From Planctomycetota bacterium (lineage in GTDB: Bacteria > Planctomycetota > Phycisphaerae > Phycisphaerales > SM1A02), in the NCBI GenBank assembly GCA_036339555.1, contig JAYZAT010000006.1, positions 65-64,064 on the forward strand: a stretch of 64,000 nucleotides of DNA, written 5' to 3'. The notes below the pieces were generated by a model. It was not told the origin of the DNA and did no database searches. It saw nothing but the letters and a program-made list of their open reading frames with translations. How positions within the stretch are numbered: position 1 is the first letter of the stretch; every line of letters starts with the position of its first letter. Below, one piece after another: positions 56,655 through 64,000 of this stretch. Position numbers and translations under genes: made by a program.

Positions 56655-57817
56655 CCTCGACGGAAAGTCGATCGCTGCATCATGAGCTCAAGGGTCTGGG
56701 TGACAAGTCCGACATCTCGATCGGTCAAGGCACCGTACATGGGCAGTGCGATGGTTCGTTGAGAGACGTACTCTGCCACGGGCCACTGTTGTCGATCCGG
56801 GGCCAACTGAAGTCTTGCGGCTACCTGCGATCGAAGAGGCGGGGGTGTCCACGGTGTGGCGACCCCGATGTCGTGGCGATCCATCCCATGCACAATCTCG
56901 GTTCGATCATCATTGCCGTAGGCTTCATCCAGGCGAACAACGAACCCAGGCCAGCCGAGTGTTGTGCCAGGATCAACCGTTGGTACGACGATGTCACTGA
57001 TGCCGGCGAGACGTTGGGTGTAGCTTGAGGCAACCGTGGCACGGGACTCCATGATTTCATCCAGTCGTCGCAATTGAGACAACACGACGGCAGCTTGAAT
57101 GCCCGTCAAGTGACATCTCAGTCCCAAGGGTCCGGCATGATCGCCAGGGGCACGAATGGGCTCCAGATCATCTCCATCCCGCAACATTTCACAGCGGTGC
57201 GCAAGCCTCTGATCCGAGGTACTAATGGCACCGCCTTCCCCGCAGCCAATGACAGATCGCGGTCCAAGATCGATGATCGCCGCCCAGCCGAAGGATCCTG
57301 CGGGGCGTCCATCAATGGTGCTGCCTAGTCCGCCTGAGACATCTTCCAGGAGTGGGATTTCCAGCAAACCGCACAGGGCTGCCAATTGTGGCAGTCCGGC
57401 AGGATTCCCGAAGACGCTGGTCGCGATCACTGCCCGGGTGGCTGGTGTGACGCATGATTCAATCTCGCTCGGAGCGATATTCAGGGTCCGTGGGTGGCAG
57501 TCTGCGTACACGGGCGTTGCCCCTACGGAGATGACTGCCTGCGTCATGACGCCTGAGGCAAAGGCGGGCAGGATGACCTCATCACCCTCATGGATGTCCA
57601 TGGCGAGTAAGAGCAGCCGAGCTGCTTCTGAGTAGGTGGACGTCGTAACGGATTCGAGTTGCCCGGTCTTGGAAGCCAGTTGTTCCGACAACTCCACGAT
57701 CCGTGGCCCACCAATCATGTCTCCATTTCGGAGTTCATGCACCAAGCTTTGCAAGTCTCGCTCGTGCAGGTCGTATTGACACAGGGGTATGCGGCTCACG
57801 GAGGTGTTGGGTTCCAC
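56651..57817 (-). CDS. DegT/DnrJ/EryC1/StrS-family protein in which the PLP-binding lysine is not conserved
   Basis: Family pattern IPLLEDVSGGLGS...FGWAAIIDLGPRSVIGCGEGGAIST. The position that normally holds the Schiff-base Lys (6 residues before EGG) is Ser/Arg. The whole ORF contains a single Lys, near the N-terminus. Confidence 0.7.
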   Translation of the reverse strand: MEPNTSVSRIPLCQYDLHERDLQSLVHELRNGDMIGGPRIVELSEQLASKTGQLESVTTSTYSEAARLLLLAMDIHEGDEVILPAFASGVMTQAVISVGATPVYADCHPRTLNIAPSEIESCVTPATRAVIATSVFGNPAGLPQLAALCGLLEIPLLEDVSGGLGSTIDGRPAGSFGWAAIIDLGPRSVIGCGEGGAISTSDQRLAHRCEMLRDGDDLEPIRAPGDHAGPLGLRCHLTGIQAAVVLSQLRRLDEIMESRATVASSYTQRLAGISDIVVPTVDPGTTLGWPGFVVRLDEAYGNDDRTEIVHGMDRHDIGVATPWTPPPLRSQVAARLQLAPDRQQWPVAEYVSQRTIALPMYGALTDRDVGLVTQTLELMMQRSTFRRG

Positions 57818-57827
57818 GAGTTTCCCT

Positions 57828-59339
57828 TCACGAACCTTCTGGGACCAGGCGGGTCATCGCATCCTCCAGGGTGTCCGTATGCTTGAGATACAGCCACGCT
57901 GCCTGGACCTGTAGAGGTTCCACAAGGACACCTCCGGAAGTAATGAGGCCCAATCGACGGAGTTGATTCTCGTCGAGGCTATCACTGTCCCGGGCAATCA
58001 AGAGCAAGGTCAGCGCGTCGGGGCGAGATAAACCAATTTGGTGAAGCGACTCAACTGTCTCCAGGACATTTGAATTTCGTTTATGCAGCAGGCCATACAG
58101 CATGGCTTCCTGCAAAGGGCTGTCATCCTTGACTACCTTGAGGCGTTCAAGCACGGCATTGCCATCGAGTTCAAGCAGCCGTTCAGTCGCATCTATGGCC
58201 AGCATCTGGTCAACGCTGGTGAAAGATTCAGATTCCATACGGTCCAGAAATCGTTCCAAAACAACCGTGGCTTGATCTGGAGGGAGTGCTTCAATGACGC
58301 CTGGGATCATGGTTGTGGAACGGACGTGATTGAGATCAACGAGCTCGATCAGCCTTTGGGGGGTGTCGCCTCGATCATGAGCAACCGCATTCGCTGCCTC
58401 GACGATGGAACCGATGAGCTCATCATCCACATCCAGTCTTGACCGATCCTCGGTTTGCAAGGCAACGCCGACCTGGAGCAGCATGAGAGCTGCTGTGATC
58501 TGGTTCCTTCGGTTGGGATTTTCACCAAACTCGAGTCGCCAGTGCTTTAATCCCCGATCGGAGTCGAGGATGAGCAGCGTGGAGGTTCCAGCAAGCGACA
58601 TTTCTCGGAAACGATTCTGCTCTCGTGCTTTCGTAAGGGTCTGATCAAGCCAATCAGCCGCTTCTGCGATCTCGTACCGGTTGATCAACATGATGATCGT
58701 CAGCAGAATGTCGAATTGACGTGTCTCCGGAAGATCTTGAATCATTGCATCGATGTGATCGAGGGCGGTCTGATCTCCCAGCCAGGCCATGACCAACCAC
58801 GCAGCTGCCGCCACCTTCTCGTTGGTCGACTCCGTCATCGGTCGAACATCCTCGATTCGGACTGGTTGACCGAGTTCAAGGCTGTAGGCAAGTAAGGCCA
58901 CTCGATTGGCTTCTTGGAGTCCCTTCCATTCCGTCAGTTCTCGGATTTCATCAGGGCCAAGCCTTTGTTCATCCATGGCGATCGCCAGGACTTGGTCGCG
59001 TGCTGCGGGGTTGATTTGCGTCACGAGCCAGGGCATGACACGGCCGTCTTCCGACAACTCAGCCAGTCCCAAGACTGCATAAACCTGGATCTGCCAAGAG
59101 TCATGTTGAATCAGGCGAAGGAAGAGTTGCTCAAGCGTTGGATCGCCGAGGCTTCGGAGTGCGGTGAGTCTTGTGAGATGGCTGTCATCCCTTTGGGGGG
59201 TGACGGTTCGCTTCAGGTGCCGGAAGGCACTATTCGCATTGGGCGGGTCAGCACCGTGGGCTGTTTGCAGCCAACTGCCCAAGAGTATCCCCGGGAGGAT
59301 TATCACCAGGATCAACAGCTTGGCAGTAGGGACTGGCAT
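57828..59339 (-). CDS. Secreted HEAT/ARM-like helical repeat protein (hypothetical)
   Basis: Signal peptide (LLILVIILPGILLGSWLQTAHG), then repetitive helical segments (R..A...L..LGD). No catalytic motif. Confidence 0.55.
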   Translation of the reverse strand: MPVPTAKLLILVIILPGILLGSWLQTAHGADPPNANSAFRHLKRTVTPQRDDSHLTRLTALRSLGDPTLEQLFLRLIQHDSWQIQVYAVLGLAELSEDGRVMPWLVTQINPAARDQVLAIAMDEQRLGPDEIRELTEWKGLQEANRVALLAYSLELGQPVRIEDVRPMTESTNEKVAAAAWLVMAWLGDQTALDHIDAMIQDLPETRQFDILLTIIMLINRYEIAEAADWLDQTLTKAREQNRFREMSLAGTSTLLILDSDRGLKHWRLEFGENPNRRNQITAALMLLQVGVALQTEDRSRLDVDDELIGSIVEAANAVAHDRGDTPQRLIELVDLNHVRSTTMIPGVIEALPPDQATVVLERFLDRMESESFTSVDQMLAIDATERLLELDGNAVLERLKVVKDDSPLQEAMLYGLLHKRNSNVLETVESLHQIGLSRPDALTLLLIARDSDSLDENQLRRLGLITSGGVLVEPLQVQAAWLYLKHTDTLEDAMTRLVPEGS

Positions 59340-59375
59340 GCCAGCCAGTGTACCGGAGGCGACGATCTATCGGTT

Positions 59376-59403
59376 ATGTGGAATCTTGAAGTCAATTCCA
59401 CAT
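59376..59403 (-). terminator. 9-bp perfect inverted repeat just downstream of dnaA
   Basis: ATGTGGAAT, a 10-nt loop, then ATTCCACAT. It begins 8 nt beyond the dnaA stop. Each arm contains TTCCACA, which is DnaA-box-like. Confidence 0.35.
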
Positions 59404-59410
59404 ATCCCAA

Positions 59411-60805
59411 TCAAGGGTGGGAAACCGCGTGCTGCAGCCGATCCAGCAGTTCTCGGACCAGGACCCGTCCATCGTCGTGGCCCCCTTTGCCTGGCAGGCG
59501 AATAGACCGGTCCTCATTGACCATGGCCTCGATTCGTCGAGCTGCGGCATGTGCCGAGGAGTGATTCCGCCGCCCCAGTGTGCGGGCAATTTCGGGATAG
59601 CTGTAGTCCGTCATTCGGCGGGCAAGACAGGCCACCAGTCCACGGCCTAAAGACACTCGTGGCCCCCGGTCACGTCCGGCGAGATCGGCATGAGCCAGGT
59701 GCAGTTGAGAACAGACCACATCCTTGATCTGGTCGAGGGTAATGGGCTGGGTGGTATCCCAGCTATGCTCGAAGACCTGGGAGACAGTTTCGGTGCTTAC
59801 GGCATTACTCGTGCCACCACGGACTTGGACGAGTGCGGTGAGCCGTGTAAGAGCGCCTTGTATTTCCCGGACGGATCCGATGCACCGGGAGGCCACGAGT
59901 TCAATGGCTGCTTCGTCCATGGAGATGCCACGTGAACTTGCCAGCCTTTGAATCAAGGCACGCCGCGTTTCACGACTGGGGCGTTCAATCTCAACAACCA
60001 TTCCACTGAGGAAACGGCTCACCAGGCCCTGAGTAAAACTCCGGATCTGGTGTGGGTGGGCATCGGAGGCGAGAACAATCCGAGAGCCCGTGAGGTGAAT
60101 GGCATCAAGCGTATGGAGGAACTCGGCCTGGGTCTTGGCCTTGTCGCTGAGAAAGTGGATGTCATCGATGACGAGCAAGGATAGACGACGCATCGATCGG
60201 CGAAATTCGTCAATTCGACTGTCTCGGACCGAGGCGATGTACTCGTTCGTGAACTGTTCACCCGTGAGATAGCGGATGGGGTCATGGTGACCGAATCGAT
60301 CACGGTAACGCGTGCAGATGCCTTGGAGAAGGTGGGTTTTCCCAAGACCACAGCCTCCATGAATGAAAAGCGGCGATACGGGGCAGTCGCCCGCTTCTCC
60401 ACCAACACGGCTCGCAGCTGACCAGGCCAGTTCGTTGCTTGGGCCGACGACGAAGTCATCCAGGCGGTGTTGATGTCCGGTGAGCCGCTTGCGAGGCCTT
60501 TGGCTGCGACGTTCCGGAGGTGGTGGGGGTGGGGTGTCCTGTTTCGATGATGGTTCATCACCTCGCACGGACACGGATACCTTGACCGGGGTGCCAATCA
60601 CGTGCTCAGCCACCTCCTGGATGTCATCCTCGAAGTGGGCATGAATCCAATCAGCAGCGAATTGCGAACCAGCTTCGACGGCCAACCTGCCTTGCTTTAA
60701 CTGGAGCCGAGCTTGCCCGAACCACATGGCGTGTCGACGAAGACCAAGCCGTTGGCTGAGGAGATCGGTGATCGAGTCAGTGGTCGAAGGGGCTTGGACG
60801 GGCAC
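59411..60805 (-). CDS. dnaA: Chromosomal replication initiator protein DnaA
   Basis: AAA+ motifs FIHGGCGLGKTHLL and LLVIDDIHFL, and domain IV YSYPEIARTLGRRNHSSAHAA. The start is set at the in-frame GTG at 60805. The maximal track ORF (to 60949, also GTG) adds 48 Arg-rich residues that look non-coding. Confidence 0.93.
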   Translation of the reverse strand: MPVQAPSTTDSITDLLSQRLGLRRHAMWFGQARLQLKQGRLAVEAGSQFAADWIHAHFEDDIQEVAEHVIGTPVKVSVSVRGDEPSSKQDTPPPPPPERRSQRPRKRLTGHQHRLDDFVVGPSNELAWSAASRVGGEAGDCPVSPLFIHGGCGLGKTHLLQGICTRYRDRFGHHDPIRYLTGEQFTNEYIASVRDSRIDEFRRSMRRLSLLVIDDIHFLSDKAKTQAEFLHTLDAIHLTGSRIVLASDAHPHQIRSFTQGLVSRFLSGMVVEIERPSRETRRALIQRLASSRGISMDEAAIELVASRCIGSVREIQGALTRLTALVQVRGGTSNAVSTETVSQVFEHSWDTTQPITLDQIKDVVCSQLHLAHADLAGRDRGPRVSLGRGLVACLARRMTDYSYPEIARTLGRRNHSSAHAAARRIEAMVNEDRSIRLPGKGGHDDGRVLVRELLDRLQHAVSHP

Positions 60806-61041
60806 GAGAAACTCGGAATGCAGACTCGACGAGCGAAGTCGCCGAGAGTGGCGGAAACAAGACTGAACACCTCGACGGATCCCATCCCGGTCGGATCGGG
60901 GGGGGCGGCGGGGCACACCAAGAGGCGGACGGCAACGGTCCTCCGTCACTCTTTTGGAGGTTCGAATCCTTTCGTTTCCTCAAGTCGGTTACGAATTGAC
61001 TCAAGGCCAGATCGGACACCGTGAGCCGCGGGCGGCGCCGG

Positions 61042-61066
61042 GCCGAGCATGGTGGGTATGCTCGGC
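61042..61066. other. Perfect 9-bp hairpin in the dnaA upstream region
   Basis: GCCGAGCAT, loop ggtgggt, then ATGCTCGGC. Function unknown. Confidence 0.3.
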
Positions 61067-61243
61067 TCGACTGCCATCCCATCGGCAACCCGGAATAGTC
61101 CGAGATGCACTCGTCCTTCCATGGACAAGCGATTCGGAATGTATCGCGTTTGTCGATGTCAGCGAGGCTGTTTTCTTGATCCCACAGTGCCCTTTGGAGC
61201 AATTCGAGCGGGATTCAAAGGGGATCTGAGCAGTAAAACTTTT

Positions 61244-61330
61244 CTATCCACAACTGTTGTCCACCTGGCCTCGTGGATTGGGTGGACAACCACCTTTGCA
61301 GGGTCCGTCTTGCATTCATGTTGTGGATCG
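61244..61330. promoter_or_regulatory. Cluster of DnaA-box-like 9-mers upstream of dnaA
   Basis: CTATCCACA at 61244 (8/9 to TTATCCACA). TTGTCCACC at 61257 (7/9). CGTGGATTG at 61272 (6/9, reverse). GGTGGACAA at 61281 (7/9, reverse). TGTGGATCG at 61322 (7/9, reverse). Confidence 0.4.
61257..61289 (-). terminator. Candidate intrinsic terminator of the GNAT gene, formed by two of the same 9-mers
   Basis: TTGTCCACC, a 15-nt loop, then GGTGGACAA, a 9-bp stem starting 27 nt after the GNAT stop. On the minus strand it is followed by ...GAAAAGTTTTAC. Confidence 0.35.
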
Positions 61331-62251
61331 GATAACGGCTTGGCGTCGACCGGTTGCGATGAAACCAGTCGACGTATACAAGTCCATGGCGGGGGTATTT
61401 TCAAGATCAACAGCGAGTGATAACTGCTGAAGGCGATCGCTTGCTGCGAGTGCGAGCCCGTGCGAAAGAAGGACTCGACCCCAGCCACGACCGCGAACCT
61501 GGGATGCCAAACCGATGTAGACCAGTTCTGCCTGGTTTCCTCGATTTGATTGATTGATCAGTATGGCACCAACAGGAGCCCCGTTTTCCATTGCAAGCGT
61601 CCAAAGCGTTGCCTTGTACTGCCCTGTTGATTGGTGGCCTGTGATGACATCATCGGTTTTTCGGAGTCCGCGGAGTGACGGACAGTCCAAAGTGTCCTCG
61701 TAGGATGCTTCCAGTGCAGCGATCAGATCGGAGCGACGTGATTCTTCGTAAGTCACCAACTCCAATCCCTGCGGAAGCGTGGGTTTTTCAACCCGCTTTG
61801 GAATCAACATTTCCATGTACTGCAGCACAGCAAGTTCATGGAATCCACTGGCCTCAAAGGCCTGCCAGCTCGTTTGATCGGTAGTCATCAGCAGTGCCTG
61901 GGCTAAGTCCACAGGTTGACGGTTCAGAAAATCAAGACAGTGATTCAGCAGTAGAGACAACTGCGTTCCTGGTTCTGCTCCATGGGTTTGCGAAGTGAAC
62001 AGCATCGCTGTACGGCCGGGTGAAGGCACGGCTAGCACGCAGGTCTCGGGTTGACCGGCTTGATTTCGCAACGTCCAGAGCCAGTCCAGGGGAATCTGGT
62101 TGTCATGGGCGAATGCCTCGAATCGATCAGCATCAGCCCGCTGTGCACCATGCGGCAGCAGGCGTGTGATGGCTGCCGTTCGGTCCCGTGGGGGCACCAG
62201 TTCCGGGCTGGGGCTCTGGTTGTGCTCAGAGTGGGTTTGAGAGCTCATCAT
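61316..62251 (-). CDS. GNAT-family N-acetyltransferase, apparently with tandem GNAT-like halves
   Basis: C-terminal acetyl-CoA motif VRGRGWGRVLLSHGLALA. The N-terminal half is of similar size but degenerate. Confidence 0.7.
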   Translation of the reverse strand: MMSSQTHSEHNQSPSPELVPPRDRTAAITRLLPHGAQRADADRFEAFAHDNQIPLDWLWTLRNQAGQPETCVLAVPSPGRTAMLFTSQTHGAEPGTQLSLLLNHCLDFLNRQPVDLAQALLMTTDQTSWQAFEASGFHELAVLQYMEMLIPKRVEKPTLPQGLELVTYEESRRSDLIAALEASYEDTLDCPSLRGLRKTDDVITGHQSTGQYKATLWTLAMENGAPVGAILINQSNRGNQAELVYIGLASQVRGRGWGRVLLSHGLALAASDRLQQLSLAVDLENTPAMDLYTSTGFIATGRRQAVIRSTT

Positions 62252-62347
62252 CGGCAGGTATCACTATTTGCAGGGACCAGGGAGGCCAGAGGCATCCTGT
62301 TAGAATAAACTGCTCTTCGGAGAGAATCTCACAGGAAGTCATCTGCC

Positions 62348-62962
62348 ATGATCCGAATGAACAGTCTCCTACTTGCCACGGCCTGCCTGCTATTGGCTTC
62401 TTCAGTCCTGGCGGTCCCTCGCCCCAATGCGGCCCCCTCGCAGCCGGAATTGACCTTCACATCCGGCCCCCTGCGGATCTTCCGCAGCAATGAAGACGGG
62501 CAGTGGTATTGGTACATGACCTATGGGGTTGAGAACAATACCGGTCGGGACCAGATCTGGGTCCCATCGATGGTTCTCTATACCGATCAGGGTGAGATCC
62601 TCGAGGGGGGGCGACGGGTGTCCAGTGCTGTGACCGACGAGATCATGACCTACATGGGCGACCCGTTTCTGGAGCCCCAATACGCCATTATTGGTGAGCT
62701 CAAGCAGGGTCGTGGAAATGCCCGGACCGGACTCACCGTCTGGCCAGCCAACAAGACGGATGTCAATGAATTGGCCCTCTTCGTCGCAGGTCTCAGCAGT
62801 GAGACCCTGGTGGTGGAGCATCCTCTGACCAAGGAGGACGTCGTCCTTCGGAAGACCCTCAAGAGGGATTATCTGATCCCTGGCAGGGCTACTGGGCGTG
62901 GAGATCGCCCTGTGGAGCTTCATCCGGACAGTCCTCAGCATGAGGTCTGGATCTTCCGTTGA
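62348..62962 (+). CDS. Hypothetical secreted protein
   Basis: Signal peptide MIRMNSLLLATACLLLASSVLA. No recognised motif. Confidence 0.55.
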   Translation: MIRMNSLLLATACLLLASSVLAVPRPNAAPSQPELTFTSGPLRIFRSNEDGQWYWYMTYGVENNTGRDQIWVPSMVLYTDQGEILEGGRRVSSAVTDEIMTYMGDPFLEPQYAIIGELKQGRGNARTGLTVWPANKTDVNELALFVAGLSSETLVVEHPLTKEDVVLRKTLKRDYLIPGRATGRGDRPVELHPDSPQHEVWIFR

Positions 62963-63031
62963 GCCCCCGGTATCATGGCCGATTCGCTGCTGAGGGGCCT
63001 ATCCCCGGCAGGCCCGCGAGGAGTGTGAGCC

Positions 63032-63325
63032 ATGGCACATAAGAAGGGACAAGGGTCCTCAAAGAACGGTCGCGACTCCAACCCGCAATTTCGCGGGGTG
63101 AAGCTCTATGGTGGCGAGGCTGCCAAGGCCGGATCCATCATCATTCGCCAGTGCGGAACGCACTTCAAGCCCGGCTACAAGGTTGGGCGTGGCAAAGACG
63201 ACACTCTGTTCGCGTTGGTCGCTGGAACGGTTCGCTTCCGTGGTCGGTCCGTAGACATCATTCCTTCGGATCCTTCAGTTCCGCGGTATGAGGCCATCGA
63301 TCGTCCTGTTCGGACAGCTGGCTGA
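63032..63325 (+). CDS. rpmA: 50S ribosomal protein bL27
   Basis: [29 protein letters not shown]...[21 protein letters not shown]. Confidence 0.95.
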   Translation: MAHKKGQGSSKNGRDSNPQFRGVKLYGGEAAKAGSIIIRQCGTHFKPGYKVGRGKDDTLFALVAGTVRFRGRSVDIIPSDPSVPRYEAIDRPVRTAG

Positions 63326-63367
63326 CGGCGACGCCACTGAGGTGTCCCCCTGCTCCGGGGAGTAGCC

Positions 63368-64000
63368 GTGCTTATCGACAACGCCAAGATATTCGTCCGC
63401 TCCGGCAAGGGCGGACATGGATGTGTGAGCATGCGGCGGGAGAAATACCGGCCACGTGGTGGGCCTGATGGTGGCGATGGGGGCAAGGGCGGTGATGTCA
63501 TCCTGGTTGGGGATGATTCTTTGAACACACTCTTCTCCTTGACGCCCCGACCTCATTATCGCGCCGAGAACGGGCGGCCCGGTGAGGGATCCAGTTGCCA
63601 TGGTCGCAATGGTGCTGACTGCATCGTGCCTGTCCCCCTCGGGACGATCGTTTGCGATGCGGAATCGAACGAAACGATTGGTGACATCGATGCGAACGGT
63701 CAGCGACTAACGGTGGCCCTTGGTGGGGTTGGTGGTTTGGGCAATGAGCATTTCAAGTCGTCGACCAATCAGACCCCTCGTGAAGCCACCCCGGGTCAAC
63801 CTTGGGAAGAACGTACGCTGCTGCTTGAACTCAAGCTCATTGCAGACGTGGGTCTCATTGGACTACCGAACGCAGGCAAATCGACACTACTTCGTGCCAT
63901 GAGTCGAGCGCAGCCACGCGTTGCCGCCTACCCGTTCACAACATTGTCACCCAATCTTGGCATCGCCGAATTGCCAGGCCATCGAAGGCTGGTTGCTGCG
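63368..64000 (+). CDS. obg: GTPase Obg/CgtA, 3'-truncated by the window edge
   Basis: Absent from the ORF track because no stop falls inside the window. My translation from the GTG at 63368 (GGGGAG 5 nt upstream) reads VLIDNAKIFVRSGKGGHGCVSMRREKYRPRGGPDGGDGGKGGDVILV...ADVGLIGLPNAGKSTLL. Confidence 0.9.
   Translation, partial: MLIDNAKIFVRSGKGGHGCVSMRREKYRPRGGPDGGDGGKGGDVILVGDDSLNTLFSLTPRPHYRAENGRPGEGSSCHGRNGADCIVPVPLGTIVCDAESNETIGDIDANGQRLTVALGGVGGLGNEHFKSSTNQTPREATPGQPWEERTLLLELKLIADVGLIGLPNAGKSTLLRAMSRAQPRVAAYPFTTLSPNLGIAELPGHRRLVAA

Noticed and set aside
60806-60949. N-terminal 48 codons of the maximal dnaA ORF. Similar 5' extensions appear in the track ORFs for Hc1, purB, cdaR, cdaA, rplN, rpsH, fliE, fliJ, pheS and others.
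   Set aside because: The track begins at the farthest ATG, GTG or TTG. The extensions are Arg-rich or overlap upstream genes. Conserved protein N-termini, SD motifs and ATGA/TAATG coupling point to the internal starts.
60956-60972. GGAGGTTCGAATCCTTT, a tRNA or tmRNA T-arm-like motif (GGTTCGAATCC) upstream of dnaA.
   Set aside because: I tried to fold a tRNA around it. The would-be acceptor strands (GCGGGGC and CGTTTCC) do not pair, no D-arm or anticodon arm is evident, and the 5' part would lie in the dnaA upstream ORF. I treat it as a chance match.
1-64000. Search for mobile elements, prophage, defence islands (restriction-modification, CBASS, toxin-antitoxin, Cas), CRISPR arrays, rRNA or tRNA genes.
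   Set aside because: I found no transposase, integrase, recombinase, nuclease-helicase or Cas-like motifs in any long ORF. I also saw no direct-repeat arrays and no tRNA cloverleaf candidates. The window reads as conserved core genome. I could not compute composition (GC or k-mer) anomalies by eye, and these should be checked computationally.

Overview
This is a chromosomal 64-kb window made up almost entirely of housekeeping genes, and it looks moderately GC-rich by eye. The gene content includes an Hc1-type histone-like protein, LPS core and O-antigen genes, a flagellum, and expanded uL17/uS5. That fits a PVC-superphylum or Planctomycetota-like bacterium, but this is inference only. Gene order is as follows. 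(1) Minus strand: fabZ-like, Hc1-like, purB. (2) UbiA-like, plsY, O-antigen-ligase-like, LPS-kinase-like, GT9 heptosyltransferase, gmhB, SDR. (3) lysS, transglutaminase-like, nnrD, yhaM-like, GT2, and two hypotheticals. (4) A roughly 14.4-kb ribosomal super-operon from rpsJ to rplQ (S10-spc-alpha). It includes secY, infA, rpoA and a 38-codon rpmJ that is absent from the ORF track, and it lacks rpmD, adk, map and rpsD. (5) pheS, a membrane protein, tyrS. (6) Minus strand: cdaR and cdaA. (7) Three uncharacterised envelope-type genes. (8) A translationally coupled operon of TPR protein, FlgN-like protein, histidine kinase and sigma-54 activator. (9) flgB-flgC-fliE-fliF-fliG-fliH-fliI-fliJ-ylxF-like-fliK-flgD-flgE. 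(10) Minus strand: a DegT-family protein lacking the PLP lysine, a secreted HEAT-repeat protein, dnaA. (11) A tandem-GNAT gene, a secreted hypothetical, rpmA, and obg cut by the window end. I found no rRNA, tRNA, CRISPR array, transposase, integrase, prophage or recognisable defence genes. I do not see a clear-cut novel system. The best candidates for follow-up are the uncharacterised genes wired to the flagellar regulators (37.4-45.8 kb), the lysine-less DegT-like protein with the HEAT protein sitting where dnaN normally lies, the zinc-free bS14 and bL36 in the main operon, and the DnaA-box-like cluster upstream of dnaA. The ORF track uses GTG/TTG as M, so many listed ORFs are over-extended at the 5' end. 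I trimmed starts where conserved N-termini, Shine-Dalgarno sequences or ATGA/TAATG coupling supported it. All homology statements come from reading motifs by eye; no searches were run.
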